The notes: generated from the letters alone by a model not told the origin. Numbered from the stretch's first letter, positions 1-10,387 are shown. The stretch: 64,000 bases of DNA from Desulfomonilia bacterium (GCA_963664325.2 CAXXDQ010000003.1:352001-416000); one strand, 5' to 3'. Translations and numbers: made by a program.

Positions 1-423
1 TCAAACGGGTCTTTTGCCGGCAGGGAACTGCCGCTCAATTTTTCCCTGACATGGGGCAGCGGCAGTCTGCTCGGATTCCTGAATCCGTGGTCGGATGAAT
101 TTCTGAGAAGTGAAGCCAGAGGTTTTATTACGGTGGGAGGTCTGGTGAACAAGGCCGACTGCATTGGATCTCTGAAGCTCATGTATTTTTCAGGTCGTAA
201 GATTCGCTATGAGCTTGATTTCAAAGGTGACGACGGCAGGGCATACAGGTATGTTGGAGAAAAGGTGAATATCTGGCCCTGGAACCTTCACAAAACTCAT
301 GTCACCTGCTATGGAACGATAACGGATGCCACGACGGAAAAAATCATATCCAGTTCGGTAGTTTATTTCCCGTTGAGGGAGATGCTTGATTTCCTCAAGT
401 CGGCCAGGCTGGTCATATCATGA
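1..423 (+). CDS. Partial (5'-truncated) hypothetical protein of a GMC oxidoreductase locus
   Basis: Frame 1 is open from base 1 to the TGA at 421-423; first visible gene of a tightly packed + strand cluster. Confidence 0.65.
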   Translation, partial: SNGSFAGRELPLNFSLTWGSGSLLGFLNPWSDEFLRSEARGFITVGGLVNKADCIGSLKLMYFSGRKIRYELDFKGDDGRAYRYVGEKVNIWPWNLHKTHVTCYGTITDATTEKIISSSVVYFPLREMLDFLKSARLVIS

Positions 424-451
424 TTAAAGTGAATATATCCCGGAGTGTGGA

Positions 452-889
452 ATGCCATATAAAATTTTAAGTAAAAAGGATGCAAAGATTATTGCCGCAA
501 TGGCAGGCGGGGTAATTCCCAGGGGCGGGTCAAGCTTTGAACTGGGAGCTGCCGACATTGAAGAGAAGTGGCTTCCCAGGACAGATTATATACTTTCAAG
601 GATGTCTTTGATAACCCGGTTCACACTTAGAATGACGGCGCATGTGCTCAATTATGCCTGGCCGGTCATTTATATGAAGAAATTTAAACAGCTTGTCAAT
701 ATGGACGAACAGGAGAGGACGGAGCTTTTGCACCTGATTGAGAATTCCCCATTCCCCGGACCGATCTCGCTATTGGTTATAAAAGTCCTGGTGTTCCCGG
801 CCTTCTATGGTGTTCAGGAAGTCAAGGATGCAATAGGGTACAGGGAAAATTTCGATCACAGGCAGCATTTTGAAGGTATTAAGGATTAG
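452..889 (+). CDS. Small helical partner of the GMC oxidoreductase (gluconate 2-dehydrogenase subunit 3-like)
   Basis: 145 aa, ends ...LVFPAFYG...AIGY as typical of small subunits preceding GMC enzymes; GGAG upstream; 9 bp before the GMC gene. Confidence 0.6.
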   Translation: MPYKILSKKDAKIIAAMAGGVIPRGGSSFELGAADIEEKWLPRTDYILSRMSLITRFTLRMTAHVLNYAWPVIYMKKFKQLVNMDEQERTELLHLIENSPFPGPISLLVIKVLVFPAFYGVQEVKDAIGYRENFDHRQHFEGIKD

Positions 890-898
890 AGGCGGGAC

Positions 899-2425
899 AT
901 GATAAGGGAGAATGAGGATATAAAAGGCCATGTGAATATCGAGGCCGATATATGCGTTATCGGGACAGGAGCAGGCGGAGCGGTTGTGGCAAAGGAGCTT
1001 GCTGAAAAAGGACTTAAAGTAGTGGCGCTCGAGGAGGGCAGCTGGTTTACCAGTAAAAATTTCAACCAGGACCCTGGCGACATGACGGGAATGATGTACC
1101 GTGAGGGCGGGGCAACGATGGCTCTTGGACTGCCGCCGGTATCGATTACACTGGGCAAGGCCGTCGGCGGCACGACAATCGTTAATTCCGCGACATGCTT
1201 CAGGACACCGCGCCATGTTGTTGAAAAATGGGCCGCGGAGTATGACTGTGCTGGCCTTGATTATGATGCGCTTACGGGATATTTTGACAGGGTTGAAAAA
1301 GAGATTAATGTCACGGAACTGACCGAGGACATACTCGGCAATGTCTACCAGATTGTCAAACGCGGGGCAAAAGCCCTTGGTCTTGAGGCCAAACCACTTA
1401 AACACAACGTCAAGGACTGCAAAGGGACGGGAAGCTGCCAATGGGGTTGCGTCGAAGACGCCAAGCAGTCAATGGACATCTCATATATTCCCAGGGCCGT
1501 CACTGCAGGTGCTGATATATATGCCAACTGCAGGGCGACAAAGATCAATTTTGAAAACGGGCGTGTTACCGGAGTCGAAGGGCTTATCATTGACCCTTCG
1601 ACAAACCGCAGGCGCTACAGGATGAAGGTAAAGGCAAATATCGTCTGTCTTGCCATGGGTTCTTTGATAACGCCGGCCTTCATGCTGAAAAACAGGCTTG
1701 CCAACACTTCGGGTCTGGTGGGCAAGGGTTTGACGATCCATCCCTGCGGCCGGATTGTGGCGGAGATGGAAGAGGAGGTAAACGGACATTACGGCGTTTC
1801 CCAGGGGGGACAGATAGATGCCTTCAAGGATGAAGGCATAATGCTTGAAGGGATATTCGTTCCTCCTGCGGTTATGTTAATGGCTCTACCCGGGGTCGGG
1901 GAAGAGCACAAGTACCTGGCAAAACATTATAAAAACCTTGCGGCATTCGGTGTCTTGATATGCGATTCCACAAGGGGCTATGTGAAGCCGGGCAATTTCG
2001 GCTATCCCTTTCACGCGTTTTATTCAATGAACCAGGAGGATACGGAGAAGCTTCACAGAGGACTGGTGATAACTGCTGAGCTGTTCCTTGCCGCCGGCGC
2101 AAAAAGGGTTTTTACCGGCTGTATCACTATGCCGGTCGTCAACAATAAAGAGGAGCTGCTCCGCTTTAAAAATCTTAAGGTCAAGCCCTGGCATTTCGAG
2201 GTTATGGCATTCCATCCGCTTGGTACCTGCCGTATGGGCAATGACCCTAGAAAATCGGTAATCGATATCAATCTGGAAACACATGATATAAAAGGGCTGT
2301 TCATTCCGGATGGAAGCCCGTTTCCTACCTCGCTTGGCGTCAATCCGCAGGTTACCATAATGGCGTTTGCAGCGAGGTGTGCAGATTACATTTCAGCGAA
2401 TATAAACAAATATAAGGGGATATGA
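899..2425 (+). CDS. GMC family FAD oxidoreductase (long-chain alcohol oxidase-like)
   Basis: VIGTGAGG FAD motif, GKAVGGTTIVN, CxGxGxCxxGC segment, FHPLGTCRMG, DGSPFPTSLGVNPQVTI. Confidence 0.9.
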   Translation: MIRENEDIKGHVNIEADICVIGTGAGGAVVAKELAEKGLKVVALEEGSWFTSKNFNQDPGDMTGMMYREGGATMALGLPPVSITLGKAVGGTTIVNSATCFRTPRHVVEKWAAEYDCAGLDYDALTGYFDRVEKEINVTELTEDILGNVYQIVKRGAKALGLEAKPLKHNVKDCKGTGSCQWGCVEDAKQSMDISYIPRAVTAGADIYANCRATKINFENGRVTGVEGLIIDPSTNRRRYRMKVKANIVCLAMGSLITPAFMLKNRLANTSGLVGKGLTIHPCGRIVAEMEEEVNGHYGVSQGGQIDAFKDEGIMLEGIFVPPAVMLMALPGVGEEHKYLAKHYKNLAAFGVLICDSTRGYVKPGNFGYPFHAFYSMNQEDTEKLHRGLVITAELFLAAGAKRVFTGCITMPVVNNKEELLRFKNLKVKPWHFEVMAFHPLGTCRMGNDPRKSVIDINLETHDIKGLFIPDGSPFPTSLGVNPQVTIMAFAARCADYISANINKYKGI

Positions 2426-2426
2426 A

Positions 2427-3107
2427 ATGAAAAGTATAGTTGCCGTTCTGATAAGTATTGTTTTTTTTCTGCCTGGTAATGTTTGCGCTCAGGAAAAGTT
2501 AAACCTGAAAATGGACAAGGCAAAACTGGAAGCGGGAAAGCTCCAGACATTTACCGTTGAGATGAAGGTCGAAGGCAAGGGCAAGAAAAAAAGAGGCATC
2601 GGCGTGCTCCTGATAAATGCCACGCCTGAAAAAACATGGAAATATCTTTGCGACTGGAGTTCCATGGGCGAGTATGTACCCGGGCTGGAATATTATAAAA
2701 CAGTAAAGATGATAAAACCTGTCGAGGCAGGGGAAATAGGGGAAGTCCTTATGGAAGGCAAGCTTAAATTCCCTCTGCTGACGGTGATATACACCCTCGA
2801 TGTGAAAATCGACGGGAAGAATTTCAGGCAGGACTGGAGCCTGGCCTCACAGAGCCAGGTGGATGAATATCAAAAGCAGGGAATAAAGATAATCCGCTCT
2901 ACCAGCGGGCTCAAGAATGTTGAAGGTTTCGAATATATAGAACCTTATGATAGCGGCAGAAAGACCGTGTATTATTATGCACCGATTGTTGAAACATCTG
3001 TTCCCGTTCCGGCGTTTGCAGAAAGATTCATGACGAACAGTACTCTTCCGGGTTATATGGAGGGTGTCAAGAAGCGTGTTGAGTCAAACGGGACTTATAA
3101 AAAATAG
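2427..3107 (+). CDS. Secreted SRPBCC/START (polyketide cyclase-like) lipid-binding protein
   Basis: Signal peptide; INATPEKTWKYLCDWSSMGEYVPGL START-like motif; C-terminal helix LPGYMEGVKKRVE. Confidence 0.7.
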   Translation: MKSIVAVLISIVFFLPGNVCAQEKLNLKMDKAKLEAGKLQTFTVEMKVEGKGKKKRGIGVLLINATPEKTWKYLCDWSSMGEYVPGLEYYKTVKMIKPVEAGEIGEVLMEGKLKFPLLTVIYTLDVKIDGKNFRQDWSLASQSQVDEYQKQGIKIIRSTSGLKNVEGFEYIEPYDSGRKTVYYYAPIVETSVPVPAFAERFMTNSTLPGYMEGVKKRVESNGTYKK

Positions 3108-3140
3108 AAAAGACTCCTTCAGGCAGTCTTTCTATCTTTC
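3104..3140 (+). terminator. Putative intrinsic terminator
   Basis: TAGAAAAGACT-ccttcaggc-AGTCTTTCTA imperfect hairpin at the stop codon, followed by T-rich sequence. Confidence 0.45.
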
Positions 3141-3174
3141 TGTATGAGCATTACTTTTTAAAGGGGGTACAATT

Positions 3175-3990
3175 ATGGAAACAGGGGCTGTCAGGTCAAA
3201 AGGAATTCTTATAGCAGTCATAATAGTGATATTGATAATCCTCTTTGCAGCAAGGCCGGTCGTGGTGATTCCGGCCGGATATGTCGGAGTAAAGGACTTT
3301 TTCGGTTATGTATCGAGCGATACGCTTTCTCCCGGCATAAGGCTGATCGTGCCTTTCACGAAAGTTATCAAGATGTCCACGAGGTCTCTGACCATAATGG
3401 AAGAGGCCGACACCCCATCCCGTGAAGGGCTTATCATAAATCTGGATGTCTCTCTCATCTACAGGATAGATCCAGCCAAGGCCGTGAATATTTATAAAAC
3501 AGTCGGCAAAAGCTATCAGGAGATTATAGTCGAGCCCCAGCTGCGTTCCGCTATAAGGGAGATAACGGCATCCTATGACGCTAAGACCCTATATTCGGCG
3601 GAAAGGGACAAGCTGGCGGGAGAGGTCAAAGAGCTGTATGCAAAGATAACGAAAGACCGCGGCATAATAACCGAGCAGGTGCTGCTCAGGAAGATAGGCC
3701 TCCCGACAGTTGTGGCAAACGCAATCCAGGAAAAACTCAAGCGCGAGCAGGAAGCCGAGCAGATGAAGTTCGTACTCCAGAAGGAGCAGCAGGAGGCCGA
3801 GCGCAAGCGCATAGAGGCGCAGGGCATTGCAGACTTTCAGAAAATCGTCGCCCAGGGCATAAGCCCGCAGCTGCTTGAATGGAAGGGGATCGAGGCTACC
3901 GAGAAGATTGCCAACAGCCAGAATACGAAAGTCGTCATCATCGGGAATTCGAAGACAGGGCTGCCCATAATATTAGGAAGTGATAAATAG
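3175..3990 (+). CDS. SPFH/prohibitin (band 7) family membrane protein
   Basis: N-terminal TM, VIPAGYVGV, QEAERKRIEAQGIADFQ coiled coil, WKGIEAT. Confidence 0.92.
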   Translation: METGAVRSKGILIAVIIVILIILFAARPVVVIPAGYVGVKDFFGYVSSDTLSPGIRLIVPFTKVIKMSTRSLTIMEEADTPSREGLIINLDVSLIYRIDPAKAVNIYKTVGKSYQEIIVEPQLRSAIREITASYDAKTLYSAERDKLAGEVKELYAKITKDRGIITEQVLLRKIGLPTVVANAIQEKLKREQEAEQMKFVLQKEQQEAERKRIEAQGIADFQKIVAQGISPQLLEWKGIEATEKIANSQNTKVVIIGNSKTGLPIILGSDK

Positions 3991-4097
3991 AATAAGTAAG
4001 CCCATGTCGAAACCTGTCAGCACAGTTTAATCTGTAACGGGCCATTACAGCCCGGGCGGTTAATTTAAAAATAATACTTCAGATCAGTAAAAAACCT

Positions 4098-4188
4098 GGT
4101 GATAAAATATCACCGCCATGAATGAATGGCATGATATTTCCAATATGGAATTAAAATAAAACGTGTGATATCAAATATGGGATTTGAT
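4098..4188. promoter_or_regulatory. Cluster of palindromic operator-like sites upstream of the cholesterol oxidase gene
   Basis: GGTGATA-aaa-TATCACC (4098-4114), GCCAT-n6-ATGGC (4115-4130), TTCCA-ata-TGGAA (4138-4150), ATCAAAT-atggg-ATTTGAT (4170-4188). Confidence 0.4.
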
Positions 4189-4205
4189 GACTGTGGAGGT
4201 ATGGT

Positions 4206-5801
4206 ATGGACTTTGATTTTGCTGTTATAGGGAGCGGTTTCGGTGGAAGCGTGTCAGCCCTCAGGCTTGCTGAAAAAGGATACAGGGTTGTTGTGCTTGA
4301 AAAGGGCAAATGTGTAACGCCGGCTGATATGGAGGAGGCCTCCAAAAGCCTTAACAAGCTCATGTGGAATCCCATGTTCGGCATGAAGGGTTTTTTCACC
4401 TATGATTTTTTCAGACATGTCGCAATTGTGGGCGGTGTGGGGGTTGGCGGAGGAAGCCTCGTGTATGCTGCGACCACGTTAAGGCCGAAGGATGCATTTT
4501 ATAAAGATCCCTCCTGGAGCAGGCTGGGGATTGACTGGGACAAGGAGTTGAAGCCGCATTATGATATGGCGTCAAAGATGCTCGGTGTGGTGACGAATCC
4601 GAGTCTGGATGTCATGGATGATTACCTTAAAGAGACCGCAACGAGAATGGGGGCCGGTGATACGTTCGGCCCTACTGAAACCGGCATATATTTCGGGTCA
4701 CCCGAAGAGGTTGCAGATGACCCCTTTTTCAATGGAAAGGGGCCTTCCCGCACCGGATGCTATCTGTGCGGTGAGTGTCTTACCGGGTGCAAGCATGGCT
4801 CCAAAAACTCTCTTGATAAAAATTATCTCTACCTGGCCCGGAAACTCGGGGCCACGATATTGCCTTACCGGGAAGTGACAAATATAATTCCTCAGCCTGA
4901 CGGCACATATATCCTGAAAGTGAAAGACACCTCGGGCAGGTTCAGAAAGGCCCCCGATGTCAAGGCCGGTAAGGTTGTTGTAGCGGCGGGAGTTCTGGGT
5001 ACTCTCAAGCTTCTCTTCAGATGCAGGGATATTTCAAAGACTCTGCCGGGTCTCTCGGATCAGCTGGGTGTTGTCGTGAGGACAAACAGCGAGTCAATCG
5101 TAGGGGTTCTGCCGAGTGATGAGAACCTCGATCTTTCGCACGGTACAACGATATCGTCGGATTTTTATCCCGACAAATACACGCATATTACACAGAACCG
5201 GTTCCCTGAAGGATACAACTTCATGAAATATTTCAGCGTGCCCCTTGTAGACAATTCCAATCCGGTAATAAGGGCGCTTTTTACCCTTGGCAAGATGTTC
5301 ATTGATCCCGCCGGCCTTTACAGAAGGCTTTTTGCAAAGAACTGGACTAAACGGATCATCGTGCTCACTGTAATGCAGAACCATGACAATCAGCTTTCAT
5401 TCAAGTACGGACCCAGCGCCGTATTCTGTTTTATAAAAAGCCGCCTCAAGTCCAACAGGGTCAAAGGGAAAGAGGCCCCCGTCAACATTCCTGTGGCCAA
5501 TAAGGCCTGCGCCGTCCTTGCGGAAGTGGCGGACGGGATGCCGACCAATGTCAGCAATGAAAGCCTGATCAATATGTCTACGACCGCGCATATACTGGGC
5601 GGATGCCACATGGGGTCATCCCGTGAAAACGGGGTTATTGATTCATCTCATCAGGTCTTCGGCTATCCGGGGCTCTATGTAACCGACGGAGCGGCGGTTT
5701 CCGCCAATGTCGGTGTCAATCCGGCCCTGACTATAACAGCCCTTGCGGAAAGGGCCATGAGCCTCATACCGGACAAAAAGTCCGCCCTGAAAGACTTTTA
5801 A
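4206..5801 (+). CDS. choD: Cholesterol oxidase-like GMC oxidoreductase (ChoD family)
   Basis: VIGSGFGGSVSALRLAEKGY, GVGVGGGSLVYA, CYLCGECLTGCKHGSKNSLDKNYL, RTNSESI, TAHILGGC, ANVGVNPALTITALAER. Confidence 0.88.
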   Translation: MDFDFAVIGSGFGGSVSALRLAEKGYRVVVLEKGKCVTPADMEEASKSLNKLMWNPMFGMKGFFTYDFFRHVAIVGGVGVGGGSLVYAATTLRPKDAFYKDPSWSRLGIDWDKELKPHYDMASKMLGVVTNPSLDVMDDYLKETATRMGAGDTFGPTETGIYFGSPEEVADDPFFNGKGPSRTGCYLCGECLTGCKHGSKNSLDKNYLYLARKLGATILPYREVTNIIPQPDGTYILKVKDTSGRFRKAPDVKAGKVVVAAGVLGTLKLLFRCRDISKTLPGLSDQLGVVVRTNSESIVGVLPSDENLDLSHGTTISSDFYPDKYTHITQNRFPEGYNFMKYFSVPLVDNSNPVIRALFTLGKMFIDPAGLYRRLFAKNWTKRIIVLTVMQNHDNQLSFKYGPSAVFCFIKSRLKSNRVKGKEAPVNIPVANKACAVLAEVADGMPTNVSNESLINMSTTAHILGGCHMGSSRENGVIDSSHQVFGYPGLYVTDGAAVSANVGVNPALTITALAERAMSLIPDKKSALKDF

Positions 5802-5838
5802 AGAAGAATAAAGGGTATCTCTAAAAAAAAGAGGAGGG

Positions 5839-8025
5839 CTATACTGCCTCAAGCCTTATGAGCGCGCTGCCATAGTCGCCCAGGAAGATGGGCGAGCTGA
5901 GGCCCGCATTCATAAGGGTGTCGCCCTTATATAAAGTGTTGAATACAGCCACCTTGTAGGTTCTTTCAGGGTCCAGTCCGGCAAGTTTCAATGTTCTGAA
6001 AGGCTCCTGCGCTTCAGCAAGCACCCTGAAAAAGAACAGGGCTGCCCTTGATTTATCCGGGCTCACAAAAAGCCAGGCAGTGGAATTGCCTTCAAACGGG
6101 CTTTTAAGCCGGTACATCCTTCCGAACTGCACAACATCGCGCACCTCGTTCTTGTACAGCTCGATATGCGTCTTCAGCATGTCCGTCTCCTGCTGCGACA
6201 GTTTTGAGAGGTTCAGTTCGAGCCCGAAATTTCCGGCCATGGCCGTGTGGATGCGCGCGATAAGAGGTGTGGCGCGGTGAACCTGATGGTTGGGTATGGC
6301 GGAAACATGGGCGCCCATTGAAACAGCAGGGTAAACAATGCTGGTGCCGTGCTGGATCTTCAGGCGTTCGACCGCATCGGTGTCGTCGCTTGTCCATGTC
6401 TGCGGCATGTAGTGAAGCATGCCCGGGTCGAATCTGCCTCCGCCTCCCGAGCAGCTCTCGAAGAGTATTTCAGGGAAATCCGAAGTGATCTTTTCCAGTA
6501 CGCCGTACAGACCCAGCATATAGCGGTGGAACGTCTCCTGCCTTCTCTCTGAAGGCAGCGATACGGATGCCACCTCCTGCATGCTCCTGTTCATGTCCCA
6601 TTTGACATATGCTATCGGCGCGCTCTTAAGGACTGCGCTTACGCTCTCAATTATGTAATCGCAGACTTCCGGTCTGGACAGGTCCAGCACAAGCTGGTTC
6701 CTTGAATCGGTCCGCCTCCTGCCTTCGACATGGATGCACCAGTCGGGATGCGCCCGGTATAAATCGCTGTCTTTTGAGATCATCTCCGGTTCGAACCAGA
6801 GCCCGAATCTCATGCCCAGTGCGTTCACCTTTTCGGCCATACCCTTTATACCGCCGGGCAGTTTCTCCGTGTTTACGACCCAGTCGCCGAGCGAGCAGTT
6901 GTCATCGTTGCGAACGCCGAACCAGCCGTCATCCAGCACGAACAGCTCAACGCCGATCTCTGAAGCGGCTTTTGCAATTTCAAGGAGTTTCTCCTCGTTG
7001 AAATCAAAATAGGTGGCCTCCCAGTTGTTTATGAGTACCGGCCGGGGATTATCCCTGTGTATGCCTCTTGCCAGGTTGCTTCTGTAAAGCCTGTGATATG
7101 TATCGGACATGCCGGAAAGCCCGCTGCCCGAATAGACCAGTACGGTCTCCGGCGTCTGGAAGGTTTCGCCGGGCTTGAGCAGCCATGAGAAGGAGTACGG
7201 GTTAATGCCGATGGCCGCCCTCGTGGTCGAGAACTGGTCGACCTCGGCCGAGGCCAGGAAATTGCCCGAATAGATGAGGGAGAACCCGTAAGCCTCGCCG
7301 GAGAATTCTGTGCATCCTTTGCTGATGAGTGCCATGAAGGGGTTCTGCTGATGGCTGGAGGCGCCGCGCCTGCTTTCTATGGACTGGGTGCCTGGGACAA
7401 GAGGCCTTGCTACGATATGCCTTTCACGCGCCCATGCGCCCGAGAGCTGGAGCATATCATAATCGGAATCGGGAAAATCAACATTTGCACTCATGGCGTT
7501 TAATATTTTTATCTTTTTTTCAGAGCAGTTTTTAAATTTCACCGAACGCGCTATGGCGTCAAAATTCCTGAATGCGGTATATGAAAGCTCTACCGTGAGC
7601 CCTATAAGCTCATCCTTCATTTCAACGACAAGCGTGTCAGCCTCGTACAACAGTTCGACATATGTTGACGGAAGGCCGTTAATGGCAGGTTTGCCGGTGA
7701 TGATTTTGTAATCCGAATATTTCAGCTCGGCAAGCCTTGCCCCGTCTTCGGTCTCGATGGAAAATGCGGGCTGCCTGAAATCTCCGGTTCCTGATGACGG
7801 GTATTCAAACGGCAGGATATCCAGGGATACGCCGAGTTCATCCGGGTGCGTATCAGGAGAAAAAGCCCTCATGGCCGGCCTTAAGAGATAAGAGCAGTCC
7901 GGGTCGCTTAATTCTCTGCCCCAGTAAAGATGCAGAAGCTCGCCGTATGCCGCTTTCATGACATAACTCGTTTTCCCGGCCCTTAGATGGAATATCTTCT
8001 TGTTTTCATCGAACTGGATTTGCAT
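5839..8025 (-). CDS. Alpha-galactosidase, glycoside hydrolase family 36
   Basis: NNWEATYFDF, LFVLDDGWFG, FGLWFEPEM, YVKWDMNR, ESCSGGGGRFDPG, WTSDDTDA. Confidence 0.95.
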   Translation of the reverse strand: MQIQFDENKKIFHLRAGKTSYVMKAAYGELLHLYWGRELSDPDCSYLLRPAMRAFSPDTHPDELGVSLDILPFEYPSSGTGDFRQPAFSIETEDGARLAELKYSDYKIITGKPAINGLPSTYVELLYEADTLVVEMKDELIGLTVELSYTAFRNFDAIARSVKFKNCSEKKIKILNAMSANVDFPDSDYDMLQLSGAWARERHIVARPLVPGTQSIESRRGASSHQQNPFMALISKGCTEFSGEAYGFSLIYSGNFLASAEVDQFSTTRAAIGINPYSFSWLLKPGETFQTPETVLVYSGSGLSGMSDTYHRLYRSNLARGIHRDNPRPVLINNWEATYFDFNEEKLLEIAKAASEIGVELFVLDDGWFGVRNDDNCSLGDWVVNTEKLPGGIKGMAEKVNALGMRFGLWFEPEMISKDSDLYRAHPDWCIHVEGRRRTDSRNQLVLDLSRPEVCDYIIESVSAVLKSAPIAYVKWDMNRSMQEVASVSLPSERRQETFHRYMLGLYGVLEKITSDFPEILFESCSGGGGRFDPGMLHYMPQTWTSDDTDAVERLKIQHGTSIVYPAVSMGAHVSAIPNHQVHRATPLIARIHTAMAGNFGLELNLSKLSQQETDMLKTHIELYKNEVRDVVQFGRMYRLKSPFEGNSTAWLFVSPDKSRAALFFFRVLAEAQEPFRTLKLAGLDPERTYKVAVFNTLYKGDTLMNAGLSSPIFLGDYGSALIRLEAV

Positions 8026-8043
8026 GATGTCTCCTCGAAAAAA

Positions 8044-8114
8044 TGGTGAGTTATGAGTGGTGAGTTTTTAAGGAAGGCTTTTTCTATTTTTTACTCACCA
8101 CTGACCACTCAGGA
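8044..8114. repeat. Inverted heptamer-repeat hairpin in the MFS-GH36 intergenic region
   Basis: TGGTGAG TTATGAG TGGTGAG ... CTCACCA CTGACCA CTCAGGA; the arms are reverse complements. Confidence 0.6.
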
Positions 8115-8118
8115 CTGG

Positions 8119-9456
8119 TTACTTTTCTTTAGCCATTTCTTCCGCGCGCAGTTTCATAAGCTGCTGCAGTGCGTCGCGGTCCTTCCTGATGTACCGCATG
8201 ATCATGAAGAATATAAGACCGCACGGAATCCACCAGAACACCGCGAAGTTCATCATCCCTAAATAGCCGGCGAGCGGCAGCATGAGACCGCCTATTGCAG
8301 GCCCGAAGCCCTTGCCGATGTTGTCGGTGATGTTGAAGCAGGCGAACACCGTACCCCTGTTTTCGGGGCGGTTGACGTTCATCAGTATGGCCCTGACGTT
8401 CGGTCCGGCTGCGGAAACAAAGAAGCCCGTTATGATTGCCAGTATAATATATAGCTGGTAGCCCCAGCCGGCTGGGTCGACGGGGATGTTTACCAGCATG
8501 AACGCCGGAATTGCGCCCAGGAGCACGCAGACGCCGCAGAAGGCCGGCATGTACTTGGGGTCTTTGTTGTAGAGCCATTCCCCGATATAGCCCGCTACAA
8601 GGCCTCCGATTGTCGCACCCACGCCAAGCATGGTTATAACGAAAGTGGCCTTTTCCTTGCTGATGTGCCTTACCTGCTCGAAGAAATATATTATCCAGAA
8701 GCTGAGTATGCCCCATGGAACAGTGCCCGGAAGCCCCTGGAGGAACGACCAGATATTGGTCCTGTTGGAGAAGACGTATTTGAAATCGCTCAGGTGTATC
8801 TTCTGCCTGTATTCAGCACCGGACTCGATCAGGTCTTCCAGCGCAGTTTCCTTCCTGCCGCGCTGAGGGTCTTTCGCATATATCGCAAAGATTATGGCAA
8901 TAGGGATGTTCGGCAGGGCAATCACTATGAATGGTACCCGCCAGCTGAGGCCGTAAAGATTCATGGGCGTCAGGAATCCGGCCGCCATCATTCCGAAGAG
9001 GATTCCAATTGCCCAGGCGACTCCCAGCCAGGCCGATGCCACTGCCCTGTTGTCCTCATGGAAATAATCCGACAGGAGAGAGAACGTCAGGGGAAATATG
9101 CCGCCAAGCCCGATGCCTGAAAGGATGCGCCACAAGGCGAACATCCCGATGTTTTTCGTAAGCGCCGGAATACCAGTCAGGATACAGGGGATTTCCCCGA
9201 TGAGGACAATCGCCACAAGCAGCCATTTGCGCGAGCCCTTGTCGGAAAAGTATCCGAAGATAATGCTCACGACTGCCCCGAGTATGGTGAACAGCGAGCC
9301 TATAAACCCCAGGGTGACGACACTTACTCCGTACTCCTTCTTCAGTTCGGTCAGTATCCCGGTCATGATGTTCGTATCCGCCTGAAGGAACACGAACATA
9401 AGCACCATCAGGCCCAGCGTTATCTTATCCCTAGCCGGCATCTTGGATTTTGTCAT
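8119..9456 (-). CDS. MFS transporter, likely co-transcribed with GH36
   Basis: About 12 TM; GYFSDKGSRK motif A; GGAGG before the ATG at 9456. Confidence 0.9.
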   Translation of the reverse strand: MTKSKMPARDKITLGLMVLMFVFLQADTNIMTGILTELKKEYGVSVVTLGFIGSLFTILGAVVSIIFGYFSDKGSRKWLLVAIVLIGEIPCILTGIPALTKNIGMFALWRILSGIGLGGIFPLTFSLLSDYFHEDNRAVASAWLGVAWAIGILFGMMAAGFLTPMNLYGLSWRVPFIVIALPNIPIAIIFAIYAKDPQRGRKETALEDLIESGAEYRQKIHLSDFKYVFSNRTNIWSFLQGLPGTVPWGILSFWIIYFFEQVRHISKEKATFVITMLGVGATIGGLVAGYIGEWLYNKDPKYMPAFCGVCVLLGAIPAFMLVNIPVDPAGWGYQLYIILAIITGFFVSAAGPNVRAILMNVNRPENRGTVFACFNITDNIGKGFGPAIGGLMLPLAGYLGMMNFAVFWWIPCGLIFFMIMRYIRKDRDALQQLMKLRAEEMAKEK

Positions 9457-9712
9457 GGCACCTCCCATTTTGTTAGTTTGTCATTACTCAAGTTTCGCAA
9501 CTCGAAAAAGGAGTAAAAGCCTGAAGTGAACAATCTAATATGTTCAAGTGATTTGAGCAATCGGAATTTAGGCCAAGATTTTTGAGCAGGTTTTGTATTG
9601 AAGCCCTGAACAGGTAATAGAAGAAAGCTCAGTGCCTTTGACCATAGGTTATTTCTGCCGCTTTGTCTGAGAGATATTCAAACAGCTCGCCTTTTGCAGG
9701 CATCTTATCAGT

Positions 9713-10150
9713 ATGATTGAGATAGACAAGCATTGTGTCCCAATAAATTTCTATCTGTGGGGCGAAGACAAGCGCCGGTCAATCGAGTGGGTCATTCTGC
9801 GTCTGGTGAAGGCAGCAGCAAAGATCACCTTCCATGCGAAACGATGGCATGTGCGCGTCTCATCTGCTTTTCCGTTGCGGCATCACTACCGGTCGGTACT
9901 TGGTTGGCTGCATTGAAGTGGTTGCTTCGAGAAAAAGTTTGTTCGGAGATAAAGCTTGAACAGTCCAAGACGAAGATGTATGTTCAAATGAATTGATAAA
10001 GTGCTGCAACCAGGGGTTGCATGGTGGTTCGATAGGGTTTGGAGAGGTTTCAAGGACCTGTTATGGATTCAAACCAAGGTAAGGGCATAGGAAACGGGGG
10101 AAAAAGGTGTTAGCAAGTTATTCTTCAAGGAACTTGCCGCATAATTTGGG
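9713..10150 (+). mobile_element. IS1380-family remnant (transposase C-terminus plus right end)
   Basis: SIEWVILRLVKAAAKITFHAKRWHVRVSSAFP resembles IS1380 (DDE_Tnp_1_4) C-termini; ...GCCGCATAATTTGGG at ~10136-10150 resembles an IS1380 right IR; no N-terminal part present. Confidence 0.6.
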
Positions 10151-10387
10151 TTCGTTGAGTTATGCTGATTTTTACGTCAATGGCAGATTTATCTGAAGGG
10201 CTGTTGATATGCGGACGCTGGACTTGCGGCGCCTGCGGAAAATACTGGGTGCGGGATATCGGATGTGAAGGGGGATATGGCCAGAATCAAGCTCGCCGAG
10301 CTCACGGCAATCTAGGCAGGGAATGACGGGGGCGCTGGTGCGTTGACACGGCAAGACAGTCCATCTTGAGGACATAATAAAATCAAT

